DNA from: Octopus sinensis
Lineage: Eukaryota
Direction of reading: 5' to 3'
DNA length: 64,000 nt
NCBI RefSeq assembly: GCF_006345805.1
Contig: NW_021833453.1
Span: 8,255 to 72,254, forward strand
Shown here: piece after piece, positions 1 to 11,559 of the stretch
Numbering within the stretch: position 1 is the stretch's first letter
Layout: each line of letters begins with the position of its first letter
Program-made: the position numbers and the translations under genes
The notes under the pieces: generated by a model
Databases searched by the model: none
What the model saw: only the letters and a program-made list of their open reading frames with translations
Told to the model about the DNA's origin: nothing

Positions 1-1739
1 TTTGTTTTAGCTAGGTTGACTCTAAGGCCCTTCGATTCTAATCCTTGCTTCCACACCTGAAACTTCTCTTCCAGTGCTGATAGCGACTCAGCAATTAGAG
101 CAAGGTCGTCAGCATAGAGGAGCTCCCAGGGGCATCCTGTCTTGCATTCCTCTGTTATTGCCTGGAGGACTATGATAAATAGGAGGGGGCTGAGGATTGA
201 ACCTTGGTGGACTCTTACCTCTACCCGGAATTCTTTAGTATACTCGTTGCCAATCCTCACCTTACTAACCACATCCCTGTACATGGCTTTCACAGCTCTC
301 ACTAATCATTCATCTATCCCTAGTTTCCTCATTGACCACCAGATAAGGGATTGGGGGACTCTGTCAAAGGCTTTCTCCATGTCAACGAAAGCCAGGTACA
401 GGAGCTTATCTTTGGTTAGGTATTTCTCCTGCAGCTGTCTTACCAGGAATATAGCATCAGTGGTACTTTTCCCTGGCACGAAACCAAACTGCATCTCATC
501 TAAACTGACTCTCTCTCTAATCAGTTGGGCTATGACCCTCTCCGTAACCTTCATTACCTGATCCAACAGCTTGATACCTCTGTAATTATTTGTATCTAAA
601 GTGTCACCTTTACCTTTGTAGCAGTTGACTATTATGCTGCTACACCAGTCATTGGGTCTGACTCCTTCGTGTATCACCTGGTTAACTATACTGGTGACTA
701 GGCTATAGCCGACACTACTAGATATTTTAAGCATCTCTGCAGTAATTCCTGGTGGGCCTGGGGCTTTCCTTGTCTACATGCTTCTAATTGCCTTAACTAC
801 TATGGAACTGTCAACTTGGATAGCTGGTCCCTCTCTTTATCCCATTCATTTTCTTTATTCAGCAACCTTTCATTGTGGTGTCTCCAAACCTCTCTCTTTG
901 CATCCTCATTTAGCGCAAGTGAACCATCATCCATGCGAACACATTTCTCTCCTACCACATCACGATTCTCTCTCACACACTGTCTTGCAACACGAAATAC
1001 CTCAAGTCTTTCATCCTCACGGTGCAGGACATTGGCAAATTTTTCCTTATCTGGCTAAATAAACCTGTCTCCTAGCTTCCCTTTTGGCTGTCTGATACAA
1101 TTCCCTGCTACCTCCGTTCTTCCAGTCCTTCCAAGCCTGTTTCTATTGTCTAATAGCCCTGTCAACCACATTGTTCCACCACCACGTTACCTTGGGTCGA
1201 GAGGGGACTTTGCACCAGCCACAGATCTGGTCAGTGGCTCTCAGCAGGTTGTCCCGTAGAAACCTCCAATTGTCTTCCACATTATGTGATGCTATATCCC
1301 CTTCTATTTCATCGAGGGCTTCGAGTAATACGTTTCTAAATCTCTGCTCATTTGCAGGATCTTTAAGTCTCCAGACCCTTCTCCTCCAGGCTGGTCTTCT
1401 TCTGGGCATCCATTCAGCCCCGTTCCTGAAGTCACTAACTACTAATCTATGTTGAGTGGTACATTCTTCGCCTGGGAAGGTTTTGGCATTTATAAGCAGC
1501 CCTCTTTCCCTTTTTCTGGCAAGGATATAGTCAATTTGGCTGGTGTGTCTGCTAGAACGATAGGTGACTAGGTGACAGGCAGGTTCCTGAAGTTGGTATT
1601 GCAAACCATAAGGTCATTTGCATCGCAGAACTCCAGCAGTCCGGTTCCCTCCTCATTGCGGAAGCCCCCTGCACGTTGTCCAACATGTCCATTGAAATCA
1701 CCAGCCACAAAGAGAAGGTCTCTGTCGTTCATCAACGAC
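1..1739 (-). mobile_element. RTE-clade non-LTR retrotransposon fragment (APE C-terminus + RT), 5'-truncated, frameshifted, continues beyond position 1
   Basis: Minus strand encodes the APE motifs GDFNGHVG (~1700) and QIDYIL...GEECTTQHRLVVSDF (ORF 1143-1604), and RT motifs NYRGIKLL...QFGFVPGKSTTDAIF...LAFVDMEKAFDRVP (ORF 306-734). Broken into several frames. Confidence 0.93.
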
Positions 1740-1759
1740 ATATATATATATATATATCG

Positions 1760-1792
<33 letters not shown>

Positions 1793-1980
1793 ATATACTT
1801 TATTTTAAGCAGCAAAAAATTCAACAAAATCTGTTACTCTGAGTTTCTCGTTGCCGTTCATCAGACAGTTTTTGCTAGAATATATATATATATATAGATA
1901 TATATATATATATCGTCAACAATATATATATATATATATATGATGATGATATATATATATATATATTTATATAAATATAT
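1740..1980. repeat. Interrupted (TA)n microsatellite cluster
   Basis: Three TA runs separated by short unique islands. Confidence 0.95.
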
Positions 1981-1982
1981 AA

Positions 1983-2388
1983 CTAGCAGTATCGCCTGGC
2001 GTTGCTCGGGTTTGTAAGGGGAATAACTATATGAGCATATTTAGAGTATAAATGTAAAGTATAATAGCCATCACAATATGGCTAACCACAAAGGGGGGGG
2101 GGGTGTTACTGTAGCTTTTTACATTCTGAGATTTAATAATACATTTTTAGAGAGTTACTTCCCTTATATAAACTGAGCGAAAATGCATTAAAAATACGGA
2201 AAAATTATGGTAAATTTTTTTTTAAATCGTAGACTCATCGTAGACGCGTACTAATACCCAGAAGGGCTCGATATGAATCACGACTATAAGATACCCGCTT
2301 TTGGTTAAACTGCACCGCAAAATGTGGGAGTAGTTAGGAAACTAAATCGTAGGAGACAGACACACAACTTGACTTTTATATATAAAGA
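1983..2388 (-). mobile_element. Non-autonomous Helitron-like element (~406 bp)
   Basis: Minus strand begins TC (TCTTTATATATAAAAGTC) and ends CTAG. An imperfect GC-rich hairpin (CCCGAGCAACGCCAGG) lies just before the CTAG. It sits between host A and T with no TSD. These are established Helitron hallmarks. Confidence 0.75.
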
Positions 2389-2419
2389 TATCTAGTCTAG
2401 TTGTCATTGTTATTGTTTC

Positions 2420-2530
2420 ACATATCTTTTTCCATGCTGTCATGGGTTTGACTGGAACTGATGATCCAAAAGGCTGCACTGAAGTCTAATGTTTGTTTTG
2501 GCAAGGTTTCTACAGTTGCATGTTACACTT
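2420..2530 (-). mobile_element. Old, degenerate RTE 3'-tail remnant
   Basis: TTCCATGCTGTCATGGGTTTGAC...GGCTGCAC...GGCAAGGTTTCTACAG aligns by eye with the tail at 4030-4130. Confidence 0.5.
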
Positions 2531-2839
2531 CACATAGTATACTGGCTGCTTTTTCTGTGTCACCTGCACTAGTTAGGCTAGAAAGTATTTGCAAGACAAG
2601 GCCTCTCAACTCTGTGGGTTATATTACTATGAAAGTATGAGAGACAGGACAGGTGTCTTGCTGAAGAGGTGACTACATAGTCTCCCCTACTGGGAAGATT
2701 TTGTGTGTATATGTGTGTACACATATACATAGGTGCACACACACTACCTGAAGGAAGTGCTCCATCATAACTGTAATTCAAAGCCTGGATCCATTACAAG
2801 GATAAAGGAATAAGAGAATCTGTCTTTTTAATTTTTCAG

Positions 2840-2954
2840 GTTGCTGACTGCTATGATGGAGATGAAGAGACTGACAACAGAATCCATCACATTTTTAATG
2901 ATGAAAGAGAAAAGCAAATACAGCTACTCCAAAGAAAAACCTATGTTTAATGTT
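2840..2954 (+). CDS. MAN2A1: Golgi alpha-mannosidase II (GH38) internal coding exon
   Basis: TTTTTCAG acceptor and GTGAGT donor. Encodes (R)LLTAMMEMKRLTTESITFLMMKEKSKYSYSKEKPMFNV, positionally matching the recalled vertebrate RLFHSLMVLEKIIGNSAFLLILKDK segment. Splices in frame to the next exon. Invertebrates have one MAN2A1/2 co-ortholog, so the symbol denotes the family. Confidence 0.8.
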
Positions 2955-3425
2955 GTGAGTTGAATGACTGCTTTTGATTTTCTTTCCTTCCTAAGCACTT
3001 CCATGACTGAAAAGAAATCTGGCATGAAAGTAATTACAAAAGATTGTTGATTCAGGATACTGAATGGGAAATAGAGAGTCTGATGCAGTAAATAATAATT
3101 GAGGCTACTCCTTTATAAGTATTCATTGGGGGATATTCTTCAATAAATGTTTGGTCAGATCACTTTAAAACAGGAAGTTTGTATCTCAGGAGAAGTGGGA
3201 GCTGTGTCAAATTGGTTGATATCAAAAAGAGACTTTGCTTGAAATTTGTTTTTGTCCCTTGCGACACAGTAAAATTTTCGATGCATCATTTTAGGAAAAT
3301 TGTTGTTTTAAATACTTCTGTGTCATGCATTTTAAAGTGTGATTTGAGGAAGATTTGGTTGCTATTCTCACAAATGTAAATGCTGAGAGTAAATTACAAT
3401 CTATTTCTTTTTTTTTTTAATACAG

Positions 3426-3493
3426 GATGAAAAAAGGGAGAAGCATTTTTCTATACCAGAACGTTCTGTTTTGAAAATAAGTGATACTCCTCA
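3426..3493 (+). CDS. MAN2A1: Golgi alpha-mannosidase II internal coding exon (68 nt)
   Basis: Poly-T...TACAG acceptor and GTAAGT donor. Encodes DEKREKHFSIPERSVLKISDTP(Q). Phase 0 in and phase 2 out join the flanking exons exactly. Confidence 0.82.
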
Positions 3494-3814
3494 GTAAGTA
3501 ACAATTGGTAATACACCTCTATAAATTATAATTGCAGGTACTCTGTAAGGACTGTGTACACTTTGGACAAGTGTCTCCTATTATAGTTTCTGGTTGTCTG
3601 AAATGCTTTTGTGAGTAGAATTTGTGTGTCTCTGTGGAAACCTGTATTGTTATAGGTATGTGTATCCACACACACACACTACATACATACACTATACTTG
3701 TTAGTGATAATATATGCTTGTATAATATTTACCTGTAATTATGAGCAATGAAATCTCGATAAAAAAGTATCTCTTGCTTATAATAAACACTGCCTTTTAT
3801 TGTTATTGTCTTTT

Positions 3815-4003
3815 AATTTTTACATGTTTCAGTGATTAGAATGCTGAGACACCACCTTGAAGAATTTTAGTAGAATTTTTATTTAGCCTAGTACTTGTTC
3901 TATCAGTATCTTTTGTTGAACTGCTAAGTTAGAGGGGTGTAAGCATACCAAGCAGTAGTGAGGGACAAACACAAAGACACAAACATATATGCATATATTC
4001 ATA
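3815..4003 (-). mobile_element. Degenerate SINE-like interspersed repeat
   Basis: CCTAGTACTTGTTCTATCAGTATCTTTTGTTGAACTGCTAAGTTA...GGGACAAACACAAAGACAC resembles an abundant octopus SINE. Recalled from memory, not searched. Confidence 0.5.
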
Positions 4004-4592
4004 CATCATCATCATCGTTTAACGTCCGCTTTCCATGCTGGCATGGGTTGGACGGTTCGACTGGGGTCTGGGAAGCCAGGAGGCTGCACCAGGCCCAGTC
4101 TGATCTGGCAGAGTTTCTACAGCTGGATGCCCTTCCTAATGCCAACCACTCCGGGAGTGTAGTGAGTGATTTTATGTGCCACCGACACAGGTGCCAGATG
4201 AGGCTGGCGAACGGCCACGCTTGGATGGTGCTTTTTATGCGCCACCGGCACGGAGGCCAGGCGAGGCTGGCAATGGCCACAATCGGATGGTGTTTGTCAC
4301 ATGCCACCGGCATGGAGGCCAGTCAATGCGGCGCTGGCTACAGCCACGTTTGGATGGCTCTCTTACGTGCCACCAGCACTGGTATCACAACTACAAATTC
4401 CATTGATGTTGAGCGATTTCGAATTTCACTTGCCTCAACAGGTCTTCACAAGTAGAATTTTGTGTCCCAAGAAGGAAGGTATGCACAGGTGGACTGACTA
4501 CATCCCAGGTAGAGGCCATGGGTTATGGCCTCACTTGTCCTGCTGGGTCTTCTCACGCACAGCATACTTCCAAAGGTCTCGGTCTCTGGTCA
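4004..4592 (-). mobile_element. RTE LINE 3' end (ORF end, 3'UTR, (GAT)n tail)
   Basis: (CAT)n on + equals a (GAT)n tail on the minus strand. Contains the GGATGCCCTTCC 3'UTR motif. Colinear with 5545-6055, which is joined to RT coding sequence. Confidence 0.88.
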
Positions 4593-5116
4593 TTTCCTAT
4601 ATATATTTATATAATCCAAATAAGAAGACTTCAACACATCTTTAATGGTCAGTTGTAGTTGTTTTTGTTCGAGCTCAGCTTTTAATGTAAGCTCACACAA
4701 AAGTTCCGAATGAAAATTGACATATTTGCAATCACAAAACCGTTATAGATATGATACTCCCTACATTGAGGAACCTTATTAAACTAGATCTTTGGTCAGA
4801 CACAACTGATGTTATTGACTGGTTTAAGAATTTACTTTACAAAATACAAAAAAATTCATACAGATAGATATCAACTTGTACTACTCATCTATTAAACTTG
4901 TACTTCTCAGTGAGGCTATAATCTTTGCCATCAGGAACACCTCTTTATTTAAGGACACCAAACCAATTGTAGCAGCTAGGAAAACAATATTTACTTTGAA
5001 TGACAGCCTCATAAGGACAGACTAGAATATTTCAATGTAACTATGGGTGCAAGCAACTCAGCCCAAGTTACCAATTTGGTAGGGTGAAACTTATTGCTGC
5101 AAATATCTTTGTGTGT

Positions 5117-5155
5117 GTGTATATATATATATATATATTATATATATATATATAT

Positions 5156-5190
<35 letters not shown>
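5117..5190. repeat. (TA)n microsatellite
   Basis: Direct reading. Confidence 0.95.
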
Positions 5191-5194
<4 letters not shown>

Positions 5195-5271
5195 ATAAGA
5201 TTAGATCGTATACGAGTGGGTATATATTTGTAAAAAAGAAGTTTGAAAATGCCACTATATTAGATAAATTT

Positions 5272-5323
5272 TAATTTTTACATGTTTCGGTTCTTGAAGT
5301 AACGAACCTTATCAAAAAGAATT
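5272..5323 (-). ncRNA. Candidate degenerate minimal type I hammerhead ribozyme motif
   Basis: Minus strand reads AATTCTTT-TTGATAA-GGTTC-GTTACTTCAA-GAACC-GAAA-CATG-TA-AAAATT. It has a perfect 5-bp stem II, GAAA, a palindromic mini stem III and a GUA triplet. The core is UUGAUAA instead of CUGAUGA, and stem I is weak. Confidence 0.35.
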
Positions 5324-5539
5324 TTTTTATAATAAAGATTATAATGGAATAGTTCATAATTGTTTCATACATTCAATAGAGTCCATGCTATATACATTCA
5401 ATAGAATCCATGTTCTTGAAAAGGCGAAAAATATATTATAAGGTGTAAGTCGTTCTTTACTGTTTTGTCAAGTGTAGTGCAGGAGTTCATTATAGATTTT
5501 ACCTTGTGTTCCGATGGGAGCAACAGTAGTGATTCTACT

Positions 5540-7241
5540 ACCAGGCCCAGTCTGATCTGGCAATGTTTCTACGGCTGGATGCCCATCCTAACGCCAACCA
5601 CTCCATGAGTGTAGTGGGTGCTTTTTACGTGCCACCAGCACAGGGGCCAGGCGAGGCTGGCAATGGCCATGACCGGATGGTGCTTTTTACGTGCCACTGG
5701 CACGGGGGCCATGTGAGGCTGGCAACGGCCATGATTGGATGGTGCTTTTTACATGCCACCGGCATGGAGGCTCGTCAGGGCGGCACTGGCAATGGCCACG
5801 TTCGGATGGTTCCCTTACGTGCTGCTAGCACTGGTATCACAGCTGCAATTTCCATTGATGTTGATCGATTTCGAGTCTGATTCTCACTTGCCTCAACAGG
5901 TCTTCACAAGTAGAGTTTTGTGTCCCTAGAAGGAAGGTATGCATAAGTGGGCTGGCTACATCCCAGGTAGAGGCCATGGGTTATGGTCTCACTTGTCCTG
6001 CCAGGTCTTCTCACGCACAGCATACTTCCATAGGTCTCAGTCTCTGGTCATTTCCTCAGTGAGACCTAAAGTTCGAAGGTCGTGCTTCACCACCACATCC
6101 CAGGTTTTCCTGGGTCTACCTCTTTCACAGGTTCCCTCAACCGCTAGGGTGTGGAACTTTTTCACACAACTATCTTCATCCATTCTCGCCACATGACCAT
6201 ACCAGCGCAAACGTCTCTCTTGCACACCACAACTGATGCTTCTTAGGTCCAACTTCTCTCTCAAGGTACTTACACTCTGTCGAGTATGAACACTGACATT
6301 ACACATCCATCGGAGCATACTGGCTTCATTTCTTGCAAGCTTACGCATATCCTCAGCTGTCATGGCCCATGTTTCACTGCCATGTAGCATGGCTGTTCGC
6401 ACACATGCGTCATACAGTCTGCCTTTTGTCACCAGCAGAAGTAAGAGCTCTCTGAACTTTTCCCAGGCTATTCTTACTCTAGCAGTTACGCTTTTAACAC
6501 ACCCGCCCCCGCTACTGACTTGGTCACCTAGGTAACGGAAGCTATCAACTATTTCTAGTTTTTCTCCCTGGAATGTGGCGGAAGTTGGTCTCTGCGCATT
6601 TTCAGTGTTTATTGCTCCTGAGCATCTGCCACATACAAAAACTATTTTCCTAGTTAGCCTTCCCTTGACGTTGCTGCACCCCTTATGTGTCCATAGCTTA
6701 CACTTGGTGCATCTTATAGAGTTTCTACCTACGCCTTTTCTACAGATCGAGCAGGGCCATCTACCTGAAGGCGTTTGTGATTTGTCTACGTTCCTACTTA
6801 TTAGGACTTTGGTTTTAGCTAGGTTGACTCTAAGGCCCTTCGATTCTAATCCTTGCTTCCACACCTGAAACTTCTCCTCCAGTTCTGATAGTGACTCAGC
6901 AATTAGAGCAAGGTTATCAGCGTAGAGGAGCTCCCAGGGGCATCCTGTCTTGAATTCCTCTGTTATTGCCTGGAGGACTATGATAAATAGGAGGGAGCTG
7001 AGGACTGAACCTTGGTGGACCCCTATCTCTACCCGGAATTCTTCACTGTACTCATTGCCAACCCTCACCTTACTAGCAGCGTCCCTGTACATGGCTTGCA
7101 CAGCTCTCACTAACCATTCATCTATCCCTAGTTTTCTCATTGACCACCAGATAAGGGATTGGGGGACCCTGTCGAAGGCTTTCTCCATGTCAACAAAAGC
7201 CAGGTACAGGGGCTTATCTTTGGCTAGATATTTCTCCTGCA
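5540..7241 (-). mobile_element. RTE LINE 3' half (RT C-terminal part + 3'UTR), 5'-truncated
   Basis: 401-aa ORF 6037-7242 with LAFVDMEKAFDRVP, GVHQGSVLS, LLYADNLALI (degenerate YADD), FRYLG and RLRWYGHV. 6800-7240 is highly similar to 1-432. Confidence 0.95.
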
Positions 7242-9190
7242 ATGCTGAAGCAAAGTAACACCAAATATATAGTGCGTGTGTTTTTATTGGCTAAACTGGC
7301 AAAATGACCATTCCTAAATACAATAATATCTGTTTCAACACACGATTTCACATCAAAAATCTTGCAAAGCAATAAACGTAATTATCTTTATTACTATTAA
7401 TAATAGTAGTAGTAGTAGTATTGCTATCATTATTTTCTTCTCATTATTCTTGCTGTCTTTGTTGATATTGTTTTACAATTAGCCTTCCTTTTTTTATTTG
7501 TTATTTTCTTTATTTTATCACTCTATATTTATGATTCTACACCAAAATTACTTTTCACTTTTCCATTATAATTTGATTCTGGTAATTCTGGCATCACAAT
7601 CCACATCACTCCTCTTCTTCCTTTCAACTATTCACTTTCGCTTTCTTCTCTTCTTTCTCCTCCCACTTCTTCCACTTCTACCTCATTTTTTTGTCCTCTT
7701 CCTCTTTTACTACTTATTCATCCCCTAACCATATTTTTACTTACTTTGGTATTAACAATGTTCTTGTCCTGTCCATTTTTCACAGTCAGTTTACATTTTT
7801 ATCTTTATTCTGTTTACTTTTTTGTTTTCTCCTGATGTAAGCAAAACACACAGCCTGGCAGATGCACAATGTAAGTGCGTACTTTTGTCGTAGGTCTGAA
7901 GAAATGCCACTCTAACTCTTCACAAAATCCATACAACGGTTTTACCTTTGTGAAGCCTAGATTTTCTACACCTGAAGAATTTTGATATTAGTCTGAAATC
8001 TGACAGTGTAGATAGCCTAAAATTCAGGTTGAGTGCTGCATAGGATATATCCTATCTTTCTACCATCCCAGGACCTTATATACAACAGGCTTCTTTCAGT
8101 TTCCATCTAATAAATCCACTCACAAAGACACTTTCCAATGTGCCATGCAGTGGGACTGAACTAGGAACTAGGTGGTTGGGAAGCTTTCTTGACACACAAT
8201 TGTAATTTCTATATAAAATATATTGAAAATATTCACATATCTTAAATGAAACAAAATACAAATTTAAAGTTGATCTTTGAGCTTCACTGGTGTTTTCCAT
8301 GAAAGTGCAAATGGATGTTAGGAGGAGAACTCCTCTAACAACATTTGTCTCATTTAATGCCTCCTTAAGCAAGGTACATAACTCCTTATACCATTTGCTT
8401 GTTTGGCTTCTGCTTATAAGTCTTTTGATACTGACTGGTCTGAACTCATCCTGGTGCAACTATACAAAACCTAATTTTTAAAAGTTTTCATGTGTAAATA
8501 ATTTATTATAATTATTATAATAATAAGCTTGTTTGTAAGTTTGTCCAAAATCATGCAATAAGGAAGTAGCAATGTAAGTAAGAGTAAAAAAGAGAAGAGA
8601 CAAAATGGTGATAACAATGAGAGAGGGAGTCAAACAGTGCCTCTTGCCTTCTCTCTCAACAAAACCCTTTTCCCTTTATTGATGAATGCTGCCTCTCTCT
8701 TTCTCTCACTGTCTCTCTCTATCTACAGATGCACACACTCTCTCATTCTCTCTCTCTCTCTCTCTCTCTCAACAACAATATTTTCAGTTTTTATTCAATG
8801 AACGCTGATTTTTTTCTGGTAAACATTAATAACAATATATAAGACAAGTACTTAGGATTACCTAACTCAGGTGGTTATATAGAATTGAATTTCTTTTTCC
8901 TATGGCTTTCATTACATCATCATTGCCCACTGTAGTTCACTCTTTTATATTTGGTTATATAGAGGTCTGTGTAACCAAAATTGTTGGATATTGTTGGTTC
9001 CCTCTCTCCTATTCCCCAGAATGTGTGACTGTGCCTATTTTAGGAACCATTACTATCATCATCATCATTATCCATTTTCCTTTGCTGGAAAGGTTCCGAT
9101 GGATTTCTTTGCATCATTCCATGTACAAAGTAGCATGTAAGTGTGATTGACTGATTCCTTCCTTGTTGCTGTTGCCTTTCTTAGAATTAT

Positions 9191-10025
9191 TGGCAGAATC
9201 CTTACCACAGTGAGCAAAATGCTTAGCATTTCGTCCACCTTTACATCCTAAGTTCAAATTCCGCCTAGGTCAATTTTGCTTTTCATCCTTTTGGTCTCAG
9301 TAAATTAAGTACCAGTAAACATTGGGGTCAATGTAATCAACTAGTACCCTCCTGCCAAATTCAGGTCTTGTGCCTATAGTAGAAAGGATTTTTTCTTCTA
9401 GCAGAATCGTTAGCACTCTGGGCAAAATGCTCAACAGCATTTCATCCAACTTCACGTTCTGAGTTCAAATTCTACCACAGTCGACTTTGCATTTCATCCC
9501 TTCGGGCCAGTAAAATTAGAAACCAGTTAAACACTGGAAGTGGTGTAATTGACTTAACCCCTTCCCCCAAATTTCAGGCCTTGTGCCAAAATTTGAAATC
9601 AATATTTAAGGTGGTGAGCTGGCAGAATTGTTAGCACACCAGGGAAAAATGTCTCTCTTTATGTTCTGAGTTCAAATGCCTCCAAAATCACCTTTGCCTT
9701 TCATCCTTTTGAAGTTAAAATAAGCTGTAGTCGATATAATCAACTTAACCCCTCCCCCAAAATTGCTAACCTTGTGCCAAAATTTGAAACCATTGTTGTT
9801 GTTAAAGCAGTAGATTGTCAGAACTGTTATAAGCACTGGACAAGAAACTTTCTTGCTCTATTTGTTCTGGCTTTTTACATTTTGAGTTCAAATTCTGCAT
9901 TAGTCAACTTTATGTTACATTCCTTTTCAGTCAATAAAGTGAAATACTAGTCATATACTGGATTAATTGTAATTGACAAACACCCTTTTCCCCAAATTGC
10001 TGGCCTTATCACCTAAATTAGAAAC
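9191..10025 (+). mobile_element. Four head-to-tail tRNA-headed SINE copies (~200 bp each)
   Basis: Units start near 9191, 9400, 9608 and 9805. Each has an A-box-like (T)GGCAGAA, a B-box-like GAGTTCAAAT, a TTTCATCC core (degenerate in the fourth copy) and a CCAAATT...GGCCTTGTGCC tail. Confidence 0.75.
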
Positions 10026-10414
10026 AATTCTCATTAGTTCAGTAATATAATTGTTACGATATATTTTCACTACACAGCTCTGTCTACCCCAGGGATAGAC
10101 CATGTTTTGCTTTGTTTTTCTTTCTTTATATATTATGATTACAATAATTTAATTATGGAAGAAGGAAAAGGAAAGAAAAAATTAAGCTTCTAACAATGCC
10201 AAAAGTTTTATAAAATCCTTGATATTTAAGGCACAAAAGTCCATCCTCAGAAGGAAACAGTCTGGGAAATGTCCAGTTATATCTGGTGTGACTGAACATT
10301 TCCTACACTGTTTCCTTCTGAGGATCGGCCTTTGCACTTTCCCTTCTTCTACAATGCTTCAAGCAAACTACAACACTCTTATTGATTTAATTATATTTTA
10401 TTGTAATTTTCTAG

Positions 10415-11462
10415 GTCTGTTATATTTTACAACTCATTGGCGCATAAGCGAGATACTGTGGTGAGTGTCTATGTTGACTCCCCATTTGTTATTGTCAGAG
10501 ATCCTAGGGGAAAGATCATTCCTTCACAGATTGACTTGTTCTGGACTGACCGGGATTCTGTCTCCACAGACGTCTACAAGGTGTCATTTGTGATGGCCAT
10601 CCAAGCATTGGGCATTTGCCAATACACAATCGAGAAAACACACAAACTGTCCACAAAAAAAGCTGTGCCATCGGAGATAACATTTTACAACTCAAACATG
10701 AACATGGAACATTCCAGTTCAGTGTTCACAATAAAGAAGTCCCCATCAAAGCCGTTCAGTCTTGAGAACTATTACATGAAGGCTGGCTTCAGCCAGGCAA
10801 CAGGGCTGTTACAAAACATCACATTTAAAGCAGAGGGTATTACACACCCAGTCAGCATCAAATTTGTAACATATGGCACTCGAAAATCTTCTGAAAAGAG
10901 TGGTGCTTATCTATTCCTGCCAGATGGTGAAGGTCGAGAAGTAACAATTGTCGACCCATTCATTCGTGTCATTCAAGGCACTGTTGTATCTGAAGTGAGT
11001 GTCTTTGTGGAAAATGTAGAGCATGTTGTGAGGTTATATAATTCACCAGGTGCAGACAGTTTGTCACTGGACATCTACAATATAGTGGACATTAGAGACA
11101 AGCTGAACTTTGAGATGGCCATGAGGGTGTGTAGTGATATTAAGAGTGAGGACAACTCTTTCCACACTGACCTAAATGGTTTCCAGATGCACCGGCGTAA
11201 AACATACAGCAAGTTGCCTTTGCAGGCCAACTACTATCCCATGCCAACTGCTATGTTTGTGGAGAATTCCCAGAAACAATTAAACATCCTGTCTGGTCAG
11301 TCACTTGGAGCTGCCTATCTGAAGCCTGGTGAGATGGAAGTGATGTTGGACCGTCGCCTCAACCAAGATGATAGCCGAGGTCTGGGCCAGGGTGTGCTTG
11401 ATAACAAACAGACCCCTAACAAATTCTGGCTTCTTCTTGAAATAAGAAAGATTTCCCCTCTT
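10415..11462 (+). CDS. MAN2A1: Golgi alpha-mannosidase II large coding exon (1048 nt), GH38 C-terminal region
   Basis: TTTTCTAG acceptor. Encodes SVIFYNSLAHKRDTVVSVYV...SGAYLFLPDG...FHTDLNGFQM...KLPLQANYYPMPTAMF...EVMLDRRLNQDDSRGLGQGVLDNK, which are characteristic alpha-mannosidase II motifs. The phase-0 donor CTT|GTGAAT is weak and was inferred from frame. Confidence 0.93.
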
Positions 11463-11559
11463 GTGAATAATTTTGTGTTGAGTCTGAATATTTTGACAAA
11501 TGAATGAGTGAGTGAATGAGGGCATATCACCTCTTTGTACTACATGACTGACTACACAA

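Noticed and set aside
2840-2950. Alternative frame VADCYDGDEETDN... ending in a stop
   Set aside because: The other frame matches alpha-mannosidase II and splices in phase at GTGAGT.
6037-7242. 401-aa RT ORF as an active or domesticated gene
   Set aside because: It is 5'-truncated with no endonuclease, YADD is mutated to YADN, and it is one of several similar decayed copies.
142-7258. Plus-strand ORFs such as 142-561, 778-1062, 6575-6868 and 6950-7258
   Set aside because: These are antisense frames of the RTE coding region.
7880-7985. Two CTGAAGA motifs suggesting hammerhead cores
   Set aside because: No stem II followed by GAAA could be built downstream of either.
8076-8481. 127-aa and 63-aa ORFs in the long intron
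   Set aside because: No recognisable motifs or convincing splice context. Possibly decayed repeat sequence, but unassignable by eye.
9191-10025. tRNA genes
   Set aside because: Only A/B-box-like heads are present. There is no cloverleaf or acceptor stem, and each head is followed by a SINE body.
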